From positions 1 to 57,210 of the forward strand of contig CAZCDB010000001.1 in assembly GCA_964497635.1 (NCBI GenBank): a stretch of 57,210 nt of DNA, written 5' to 3'. Positions within the stretch are counted from its first letter, which is position 1; each line of letters starts with the position of its first letter. Positions 36,965-43,507 of the stretch are shown in pieces. A model generated the notes under the pieces. The model made no database searches and had not been told where the DNA came from. It saw only the letters and a list, made by a program, of their open reading frames with translations. The translations under genes were made by a program, and so were the position numbers. This DNA comes from an uncultured Planctomycetia bacterium (GTDB taxonomy: Bacteria; Omnitrophota; Gorgyraeia; 2-02-FULL-51-18).

Positions 36965-37455
36965 GTCTTTGGCTTCGACTTTTGTGGATTTATTTTCGAA
37001 ATTTTTCAAAGAAAAAATTAAATCCTCTGGGTGTGTCGGTTGTCGGACTCATGGCTCTGCCCAATGACTTGGATATTTATGGGCACATCAATAATGGACG
37101 CTACTTAACGCTCATGGACCTAGGGCGTATTGATCTTATTTGGCGCACCGGGATGGGGGGCATGGCCAAGAAGTACCAGTGGTCGCCCCTGGTGGGGGCT
37201 GTTCGCATTCGGTATCGGAAGTCTTTGAGGGTGTTTCAGTCTTTTGAGATTCATACCCGGATTTTGGGATGGGACCAAAAATGGTTTTATATGGAGCAGA
37301 CCTTTCGTCGGGGTCGTCGGGAGATGGTTCGCGCGACGGTCCAGGGGCTCTTTCGCGGTCCTGAGGGGAATATCCCCCCGGCTCGGGTGCTCCATTCCCT
37401 TGGATTTGCTGAGAACTCACCCCTACCCCCCTCCCATTTCTTAGATTTTGCTTAA
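36961..37455 (+). CDS. Hotdog-fold acyl-CoA thioesterase (4HBT/YbgC-like)
   Basis: The start is set at ATG 36961 (ATGA overlap). LPNDLDIYGHINNGRYLTLMDLGR is typical of thioesterase-superfamily proteins. Confidence 0.7.
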   Translation: MSLWLRLLWIYFRNFSKKKLNPLGVSVVGLMALPNDLDIYGHINNGRYLTLMDLGRIDLIWRTGMGGMAKKYQWSPLVGAVRIRYRKSLRVFQSFEIHTRILGWDQKWFYMEQTFRRGRREMVRATVQGLFRGPEGNIPPARVLHSLGFAENSPLPPSHFLDFA

Positions 37456-37510
37456 AAAAATCGTTTAAAAATAGTTTTCATTAAAATTTAGCATTCCAGA
37501 ATAAATTTTC

Positions 37511-37539
37511 TTGCACAAAAGATAATGGAGGGGTAGAAT
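37511..37539 (+). promoter_or_regulatory. sigma70-type promoter upstream of the small lipoprotein and PKD genes
   Basis: TTGCAC (37511-37516), 17-nt spacer, TAGAAT (37534-37539). Inverted repeat ATGGAGG/CCTCCAT (about 37525-37550) overlaps the -10 box. Confidence 0.55.
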
Positions 37540-37597
37540 CCACCTCCATAAAACTTCCCTGACCTATCACCTTGTTTGCTAAAAATTTGGAGTCTCT

Positions 37598-37747
37598 ATG
37601 AGAAAGCTTTTATATTTTACGTTGGCATTGATGGTGACTTTGACAGCCGTTGGCTGTGCTAAAAAAAGTGCTTCTGAGCAGTTACGTGAGGATATGAACA
37701 AAGCCGCAAAGCAAATCGACAAAGACGTTAAAAATCTTATCAACTAA
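37598..37747 (+). CDS. Small lipoprotein (49 aa)
   Basis: Hand-translated: MRKLLYFTLALMVTLTAVGCAKKSASEQLREDMNKAAKQIDKDVKNLIN. It has a lipobox (LTAVG-C) and a GGAG SD 6 nt upstream. Confidence 0.6.
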   Translation: MRKLLYFTLALMVTLTAVGCAKKSASEQLREDMNKAAKQIDKDVKNLIN

Positions 37748-37780
37748 GTGTAAGTCAACACAACAAGGAGAGTCGTTCAA

Positions 37781-39013
37781 ATGAAGAGCTCAAAAAAGGC
37801 AGTAGCCGCTCTGTTGGTTCTGGCGGGAGTTGTTTTCTTCCAGTATCGCGGATGGGCTGGAGAGTATACCGATAAGTCGTATCATGGAGATGAAACTCAT
37901 TATTACAAACACCCTCGTCATGGCTCCTTTACCGGACCTTTTGACTACGGTTCAAAAAACAAACAAGCAGTAGCTCCGGCACCACGTGTTCAGACGGGAA
38001 AATGCAATACCTTTACCTTTGACGCGACTCGGTCTACGGATCCTGACAAACAACAGTTAACCTATCTTTGGAATTTCGGTGATGGCCAGACCAGCGATCA
38101 AGCCGTGGTGACTCACACCTACGAAAAAGCGGGTGACTATGATGTCTCGCTGACCGTTCGTGATAATTCGGGGATGATTTGTGACACTGGTGCTTCAAAC
38201 ACCAAGGTTAGCGCTAATTTTCCTCCAACCGCTTCTATCAAAGACGTCCGCGCTTGCGTAGGCGAAGCAGTCACTTTGGATGGATCGGCTTCCGAGGGTT
38301 CCGGACCTTTGAGCTATCGCTGGGATTTTGGCGATGGAACAACCGGTGAAGGTGCTCAGGTCACTCACACCTATGAAAAAGCAGGAAATTATCGTGTTAG
38401 CTTGGTGGTGGATGATGGAAAGAATACCGCTTGTTCAACCGCGGCGGCTTCAAACGTTGTATTGATTGGAGATAGACCCTCTGCCAATCTGACCGGACCC
38501 ACCTCTCTTTGTGTGGGACGTGTGGCGGGTTTTGACGCGCAAGCTCAAGGGGTTTCCAAGCTTCACTGGGATTTCGGTGATGGCAGCACATGGGATGGCG
38601 GATCAAAAGCTAGCCACTCCTTTACAAAACCAGGCACTTATACCGTGACGGTTACCGGAGACAATGGACAGGGGCTTTCTTGCTCTTCCGTGGTTTCTAG
38701 CACCAAAGTGACGGTGTACGGGTCTCCGATTGCCAATGCAGGCCAGAACTTGGTTTGCTGTGTGGGGAAAGAAGCTAGCTTTGACGGATCAGGATCTTCT
38801 TCCGCCGACGGCAGCCCTCTTTCCTATCACTGGGACTTCGGTGATGGTGCAACAGCCGATACCGCTCAAGCAACCCATGTTTATGAGAAGATTGGGACTT
38901 ACCGTGTGGTTCTTACGGTGAAAGATAATTCCGGCAGCGATTGCGGCATGGCTTCCAGCTCTTTTGTGGCCAACGTGAACGCTCAGCCTGAAGCGGTTAT
39001 CGTCGTTAAGTAA
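37781..39013 (+). CDS. Secreted protein with four PKD domains
   Basis: Signal peptide. Four repeats of FDxSxS..PLSYxWDFGDGxT...THxYEKxGxYxVxLxVxDxxG, with WDFGDG codons at about 38069, 38321, 38567 and 38831. Confidence 0.85.
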   Translation: MKSSKKAVAALLVLAGVVFFQYRGWAGEYTDKSYHGDETHYYKHPRHGSFTGPFDYGSKNKQAVAPAPRVQTGKCNTFTFDATRSTDPDKQQLTYLWNFGDGQTSDQAVVTHTYEKAGDYDVSLTVRDNSGMICDTGASNTKVSANFPPTASIKDVRACVGEAVTLDGSASEGSGPLSYRWDFGDGTTGEGAQVTHTYEKAGNYRVSLVVDDGKNTACSTAAASNVVLIGDRPSANLTGPTSLCVGRVAGFDAQAQGVSKLHWDFGDGSTWDGGSKASHSFTKPGTYTVTVTGDNGQGLSCSSVVSSTKVTVYGSPIANAGQNLVCCVGKEASFDGSGSSSADGSPLSYHWDFGDGATADTAQATHVYEKIGTYRVVLTVKDNSGSDCGMASSSFVANVNAQPEAVIVVK

Positions 39014-39029
39014 GTCTGATTGTTCTTTG

Positions 39030-39068
39030 AAAGCCAGGCCCTTACCCAGGGCCTGGCTTTCATTCTTT
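39030..39068 (+). terminator. Rho-independent terminator after the PKD gene
   Basis: Perfect 12-bp stem AAAGCCAGGCCC / GGGCCTGGCTTT with a 7-nt loop (39030-39060), followed by CATTCTTT. Confidence 0.6.
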
Positions 39069-39079
39069 GTGGAGCTTAA

Positions 39080-40825
39080 ATGAAAAAGGTAATTTTAATT
39101 TTTTCGGCCCTTTTCTCCATTATCTTTGTTGCCACCCTTATTTTTATAGCCACTTTTGATGTCAACCGTTACAAGGGGCAAGTAGAACAAGCCGTTGAAA
39201 AAGCGGTGGGAGAGCCTGTCACGATTGGTCGGATAGGGCTGCAGTGGCAGGGTGGGATTGTTTTGCAATTATCCAAAGTGGCAGTATCTCACCCACAGGA
39301 TCCGGCAAAAGCTCCAGGTATTTTCTTGGAAAATTTATTGCTCAGACTTGAGTTTTTGCCCTTATTGAAAAAGTCGCTTCAGGTTTCTTCGATTGTGCTC
39401 GATCGACCCTCGATTGAGATTTCTCGGGAAGTGGATGGGTCGATTCGGGTGGGAGGTCTTGATTTTTCTAAACAGGCTCAAAACCAACCCAAAGGTTTTC
39501 CTGAGACCGTTAACAATGCGCATGGAAGCTCTTCTGTTTCCTGGTCCATAGACTCAATTAAGATTCATGAAGGACGCCTAATTTTGCGGGATTCCTCACG
39601 TGTTAGCCCGTTGACGCTAGAGGTACAGAAGATCAATATTCACATCCCTCATTTTTCACTGACACAACCCTTCTCATTTGAAGTCGCCGCCTCGGTGCTA
39701 AGCCAACAACAAAATATCCGGGCCTCCGGCAGTGCTCTGCTAAAAAGTTCGGGGACACTGGTGCTGCGCTCATTGGAAGTGGCCACTGATTTAAAGGATC
39801 TGGATTTTGAAAAAACTCTTCAACTGCTTCCGAGTCTCAAGGGATTGCGTCAACGCCCCGAAGGGGTGATCGCGATCAAGCTAGATGAGTTTGAGCTTCC
39901 CCTAGAGGCAACCTCTCCTCGCAAAGGACAACTGGAAATAAAAGATGGCAAAGCCATTTTCAAGTCATTTCCGATTGAAAATATGAATTTGACCGCTCAA
40001 GTGGAGGGTGCAAAAATAAACATCAACTCCTTGACCGGGATCGTTGCCGGGGCTCCGACAGAGTTATCAGGAACTCTTTCCGGGTGGGGTCCTCAGGCCT
40101 CATTGACTCTTAGAGGAGAGATCCAAAATCTTTCTCTGGAATATCTCATGAGAGAGGTCCATCCGAATGCACCCAGGCTCCAAGGACACTTGACGTTGGC
40201 GCTCGAGGGTCAGGCTCGTGGCACTTCTTGGGAAGATATTTCAAGATCGTTGGATGGTCGTGCGCGGCTTCTGATGAGTGATGGGGTGCTTTTAAACTAT
40301 AATATTTTAAGAGAAATCGTTCAAAAAATCTCGATTATACCCGGAGCGGAAGCGGCCCTGCAGGCCAATTTTCCTCAAGCTTATCGTTTGAGACTTCAGG
40401 ATCGAAGCACTGTTTTGAGGCCTGTGGACTTATCTGCCAACATTGTCGATGGTGTGCTATATGTGGATCCCTTGAGAGTGGATACGGATTTTATTTTGAT
40501 TTACGGGGCCGGAGGGCTTGGGCTGGATCGAAATTTAAATATCAACGCGAACCTGATTTTAAATCAAGAAATATCACGCGCGATTGTCGGAGCATTTAAC
40601 CCGCTTCAAGTCTTGGGTAATAACCGGGGGGAGATCGTGATTCCAGTGGCGGTTTCAGGGGAGCTTCCGCAAGTCAAGATCACCCCAGACTCTAAATATA
40701 TTGCCTCTAAGTTGCTTGCCGGGAAAACCCAAGAAGTCATTCAGGATCTTATTGCTGACCCCAAAGGGGGATTGGATAAAATAGAAGATATTTTTAAGAA
40801 AAACCTCAAAAACCTTAACATCTAA
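39080..40825 (+). CDS. AsmA-family outer-membrane biogenesis protein
   Basis: N-terminal TM, then FDVNRYKGQVEQAVEKAVGEPVTIGRIGLQW, typical of the AsmA N-terminus. Long beta-rich body. Confidence 0.75.
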   Translation: MKKVILIFSALFSIIFVATLIFIATFDVNRYKGQVEQAVEKAVGEPVTIGRIGLQWQGGIVLQLSKVAVSHPQDPAKAPGIFLENLLLRLEFLPLLKKSLQVSSIVLDRPSIEISREVDGSIRVGGLDFSKQAQNQPKGFPETVNNAHGSSSVSWSIDSIKIHEGRLILRDSSRVSPLTLEVQKINIHIPHFSLTQPFSFEVAASVLSQQQNIRASGSALLKSSGTLVLRSLEVATDLKDLDFEKTLQLLPSLKGLRQRPEGVIAIKLDEFELPLEATSPRKGQLEIKDGKAIFKSFPIENMNLTAQVEGAKININSLTGIVAGAPTELSGTLSGWGPQASLTLRGEIQNLSLEYLMREVHPNAPRLQGHLTLALEGQARGTSWEDISRSLDGRARLLMSDGVLLNYNILREIVQKISIIPGAEAALQANFPQAYRLRLQDRSTVLRPVDLSANIVDGVLYVDPLRVDTDFILIYGAGGLGLDRNLNINANLILNQEISRAIVGAFNPLQVLGNNRGEIVIPVAVSGELPQVKITPDSKYIASKLLAGKTQEVIQDLIADPKGGLDKIEDIFKKNLKNLNI

Positions 40826-40844
40826 TAAAAAAGGAGGGTACATT

Positions 40845-41141
40845 ATGAAGGGGTTTATGGAATTTATTCGGGCGCAGGGTGTGGTGGGTTTGGCGGTTGG
40901 TTTTATTTTGGGCGGCGCTGTGTCGAAGGTGGTGGCTTCTCTTGTTGGAGATTTGATTACCCCTATCTTAGGGATTGCTTTGGGAGCCGCACAAGGTTTA
41001 AGAGAGGCACATCTAATGCTTGGTCCCGCCAAGATTACCTATGGCAATTTTATAAATACGATGATTGATTTTTTAGTCATCGCCATGGTGGTTTATTTTG
41101 GGGTGAAAGGTCTAGGTCTTGATAAGCTGGATAAAAAATAA
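40845..41141 (+). CDS. mscL: Large-conductance mechanosensitive channel
   Basis: FMEFIRAQGVVGLAVGFILGGAVSKVVASLVGDLITPILG and FINTMIDFLVIAMVVYF. It is a short (98 aa) version. Confidence 0.85.
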   Translation: MKGFMEFIRAQGVVGLAVGFILGGAVSKVVASLVGDLITPILGIALGAAQGLREAHLMLGPAKITYGNFINTMIDFLVIAMVVYFGVKGLGLDKLDKK

Positions 41142-41679
41142 CGGCAAAGTGATTGCTGCAGGGATTTATTTTTTCCTGCTAACGAGCGCATTGTCTTTTG
41201 CCGGTGAAAACAAGGAAAATCTAAACGGGCAGCAGAGGCTGCCCGTTTTTTCATCCAAACCGTCTTACCACGGTCTTTTTGATGAAGAGTTAATCGGGAT
41301 GAAGGATCTCTTCCGGCTTCTTTTTCAGGAAAAGAAAAAATTTTTGTTACTGGATGCGCGTGGAAAACAAAGTTATGACACGCTTCATCTCAAAGGAGCC
41401 AAGCTCCCGCTGGGTCATGATTTTTATTGGCAGGAAGATTTGTTTCGTAGGGGGATTGTCAAGACCGTCCTGGATCGAGACAAAGAGCTTGAGAAGGCCA
41501 TGAAGCGGTATCCCAAAGACACGGCGATTGTGACCTACTGCAACGATGATTGTCATGCCAGCGCGGTCCTTGTGCTGCAGTTGAAGCGTTTGGGTTTCAC
41601 CAATGTAAAAGCAATGATCGAGGGGATACAGACCTGGCAAAAAGAAGGTTATCCGGTCGCCTCAAGCGTTTCTGGGTAG
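41119..41679 (+). CDS. Periplasmic rhodanese-domain protein
   Basis: TTG start (alternative GTG at 41149). Signal peptide ...IAAGIYFFLLTSALSFA-GE. Rhodanese fold LLDARGKQSYDTLHLKGA ... YCNDDCHASA ... GIQTWQKEGYPV. Confidence 0.7.
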   Translation: MISWIKNNGKVIAAGIYFFLLTSALSFAGENKENLNGQQRLPVFSSKPSYHGLFDEELIGMKDLFRLLFQEKKKFLLLDARGKQSYDTLHLKGAKLPLGHDFYWQEDLFRRGIVKTVLDRDKELEKAMKRYPKDTAIVTYCNDDCHASAVLVLQLKRLGFTNVKAMIEGIQTWQKEGYPVASSVSG

Positions 41680-41714
41680 TGATGCCATAGGCTATGGTAC
41701 AATTCCTTTTTAGC

Positions 41715-41801
41715 GTGCCCGTAGCTTCCGCCTGATCGGAGATCAGGACGGATCCGTCCTCGCCCATAGGCGAGGCGGACAATTGATAAGGATTAGGGCA
41801 C
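41715..41801. repeat. Structured element E1: tRNA-Arg-like acceptor stem enclosing four-way-junction module M1
   Basis: GTGCCCGTAGCT (41715-41726) is identical to the first 12 nt of tRNA-Arg, and GGGCAC (41796-41801) can pair with it. Inside is closing stem TCCGC/GCGGA with hairpins CTGATC-GGA-GATCAG, GACGG-AT-CCGTC and CTCGCC-CATA-GGCGAG. Confidence 0.7.
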
Positions 41802-41821
41802 GACAATATTCAAATAGTCTT

Positions 41822-41895
41822 GTGCCCGTAGCTCAATTGGATAGAGCGCTTCCCTCCGAAGGAAGAGGTTGATGGTTCGACCCCATTCGGGCACA
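41822..41895 (+). tRNA. tRNA-Arg (anticodon CCG)
   Basis: Hand-folded cloverleaf: acceptor GTGCCCG/CGGGCAC, D arm GCTC-AATTGGATA-GAGC, anticodon arm CTTCC-CTCCGAA-GGAAG and T arm GATGG-TTCGACC-CCATT. No encoded CCA. Confidence 0.9.
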
Positions 41896-41905
41896 CGGTT
41901 TTAGC

Positions 41906-41934
41906 TTGGACCATCCTAGGTCTTTGGCTATAAT
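41906..41934 (+). promoter_or_regulatory. Near-consensus sigma70 promoter inside the tRNA island
   Basis: TTGGAC (41906-41911), 17-nt spacer, TATAAT (41929-41934). It would drive element E2 plus tRNA-Lys and downstream genes. Confidence 0.55.
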
Positions 41935-41957
41935 AACACCCTTTAGCATGCAAGGGC

Positions 41958-42101
41958 TTTTGCGCCGATAGCTCAGTTGGTAGAGGTCGCTAAGCCTCTG
42001 CTTAGCGACACTTCGCGCCGGCATTGATAGCCGGCTTGTCGCAGCTTCCGCCTGCTGCTTTTGCAGCAGGACGGACCCGTCCTCGTCTATGACGAGGCGG
42101 G
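41958..42101. repeat. Structured element E2: 28-nt copy of the tRNA-Lys 5' part, two perfect hairpins, and the second copy of module M1
   Basis: 41958-41985 is identical to 42143-42170 (leader TTTT, acceptor 5' strand and D arm). Hairpins GTCGCTAAG-CCTCTG-CTTAGCGAC (41986-42009) and GCCGGC-ATTGATA-GCCGGC (42017-42035). M1 copy at 42047-42101. Confidence 0.7.
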
Positions 42102-42146
42102 GACTCTAGACGTAGAACTAGGTTTTAGATTTAGGTAAAAGATTTT

Positions 42147-42219
<73 letters not shown>

Positions 42220-42220
42220 C

Positions 42221-42346
42221 AAATTTCGATTTTGAAGGCCCATCTGCTTCGTTGCGATGGCAAGTTGTTTGTGCGACGCTATTTCCATAGCGTCTCCGCA
42301 CAACTTGCCATCGCGCCTCGCATCTGAACCTTCAAAATCAAAATTT
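42221..42346. repeat. Structured element E3: ~126-nt long hairpin (family M2) directly 3' of tRNA-Lys
   Basis: Outer 18-bp stem AAATTTCGATTTTGAAGG / CCTTCAAAATCAAAATTT (1 mismatch). Perfect 15-bp inner stem GCGATGGCAAGTTGT / ACAACTTGCCATCGC. Apex GACGCT-ATTTCCAT-AGCGTC. The 31-nt core 42269-42299 is identical to 42853-42883. Confidence 0.75.
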
Positions 42347-42365
42347 GGAAATGACTAAGAAATAG

Positions 42366-42447
42366 GGGCGGATGGCGAAACTGGCAGACGCGTCAGCCTT
42401 AGGAGCTGATGGGGCAACCCTTGGAGGTTCGAGTCCTCTTCCGCCCA
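42366..42447 (+). tRNA. tRNA-Leu (anticodon UAG)
   Basis: Acceptor GGGCGGA/TCCGCCC, anticodon arm TCAGC-CTTAGGA-GCTGA, a long variable arm and T arm GGAGG-TTCGAGT-CCTCT. No encoded CCA. Confidence 0.9.
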
Positions 42448-42645
42448 TGATTTTAGTTGCCGAAGAGGACTCGAAGAGAGTTTCGTCGCCGTTGGTAAAA
42501 GTCGACTGTCCAGTGGACAGTCGACAATTCCTTCGACGAAACGAATGGCCGACCGGAGTCGAGCCGTCTAAGAGCGGAGCGACGTAGTCGCGTAGCGGGA
42601 AGTTTGGCGAGACGTAGGCGCCAAGTCCTCTTCCGCCCATGATTT
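42448..42645. repeat. Structured element E4: ~176-nt hairpin-rich insert ending in a 22-nt direct copy of the tRNA-Leu 3' end
   Basis: AGTCCTCTTCCGCCCATGATTT occurs at 42432-42453 (T arm, acceptor and 6 nt of trailer) and again at 42624-42645. Between them: an 11-bp perfect hairpin GTCGACTGTCC-AGT-GGACAGTCGAC (42501-42525), nested in TTTCGTCG/CGACGAAA, plus further hairpins at 42547-42565 and 42579-42591. Confidence 0.75.
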
Positions 42646-42727
42646 GCCCATTTCGTTGCAGGCGAGGCGCAGATCAGGTATATTACAGGCTAAGATTTTT
42701 TAGGATGAGTTGATTTAAAAGTTTCAA

Positions 42728-42803
42728 GCGGGAGTAACTCAGCGGCTAGAGTGCCACCTTGCCAAGGTGGACGTCGAGGGTTCGAATCCCTTCTCCCGCT
42801 CCA
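42728..42803 (+). tRNA. tRNA-Gly (anticodon GCC), with encoded CCA
   Basis: Acceptor GCGGGAG/CTCCCGC, D arm ACTC-AGCGGCTA-GAGT, anticodon arm CCACC-TTGCCAA-GGTGG, T arm GAGGG-TTCGAAT-CCCTT, then T-CCA. Confidence 0.9.
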
Positions 42804-42807
42804 TTTA

Positions 42808-42927
42808 TTTTTGTCGGAGCAGGCCCATCTACTTTGTTGCGGGCTCGTTCGCTTGTGCGACGCTATTTCCATAGCGTCTCCGCGCTCAGTCGCCCGCGTC
42901 GCGTATCTGGGCCTGCTGCGACAAAAA
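42808..42927. repeat. Structured element E5: ~120-nt long hairpin (family M2) directly 3' of tRNA-Gly
   Basis: Outer 20-bp stem TTTTTGTCGGAGCAGGCCCA / TGGGCCTGCTGCGACAAAAA (1 mismatch) and inner GCGGGC/GCCCGC. It has the same 31-nt apex core TTGTGCGACGCTATTTCCATAGCGTCTCCGC as E3. Confidence 0.75.
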
Positions 42928-42958
42928 TTAAAAAGAATTCTAAAAGGAAAGCTACTTA

Positions 42959-43423
42959 ATGAAAATCGTTGAGTTTTTGAACGAAAAAGCAATCACGGCC
43001 AATATTAAATCAACTAAAAAAGAAGAAGTCCTTCGAGAGCTTGTGGATATTTTGGCGAAAGCCGAAGGATTCAGAAATAAAGAAGAGCTGATCAAAGTTT
43101 TGATCAACCGCGAGAACCTGGGCAGCACAGGCATCGGCCAGGGAGTGGGGATTCCTCACGCAAAAACAAATGTCGTGAAGAAATTGGTGGCGGCTTTTGG
43201 GCTGTGTCCTCAAGGGGTTCATTTTGACGCGTTGGATGGCGAACCGGTTTATATCTTTTTTCTTTTAGTGGCTCCGGAAGATTCTGCAGGCCCGCATTTG
43301 AAGGGGCTTGCTCGCATCTCACGCCTTCTCAAGGACAAGTATTTCAGGGAGTCACTCAAGTCTCTCTCAGACGAAAAAGCCATTCTTAAATTGATTCGTG
43401 AGGAAGATGCTAAGAAACCCTAA
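42959..43423 (+). CDS. ptsN: PTS EIIA(Ntr)-type regulatory protein
   Basis: 154 aa. RENLGSTGIGQGVGIPHAK (phosphorylatable His context of the fructose/mannitol EIIA family) and FFLLVAP. Confidence 0.8.
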   Translation: MKIVEFLNEKAITANIKSTKKEEVLRELVDILAKAEGFRNKEELIKVLINRENLGSTGIGQGVGIPHAKTNVVKKLVAAFGLCPQGVHFDALDGEPVYIFFLLVAPEDSAGPHLKGLARISRLLKDKYFRESLKSLSDEKAILKLIREEDAKKP

Positions 43424-43507
43424 GGGTTTTTAGTGCTTCAAACGTTTATCGGTTTGCCAATTTTAGCCGTTTGATTTACCAAAAATTATTTTCTTAGAGG
43501 AATTTCT

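Noticed and set aside
41683-41712. Rho-independent terminator after the rhodanese gene (GCCAT-AGGCT-ATGGT followed by a T-rich run).
   Set aside because: The stem is only 5 bp and includes a G-U pair. That is too weak to call.
41715-41801. Element E1 as a functional or intron-containing tRNA-Arg gene.
   Set aside because: Only 12 nt of the 5' end and the acceptor 3' strand are tRNA-like. There is no D loop, anticodon arm or T arm, so removing the module would not restore a tRNA.
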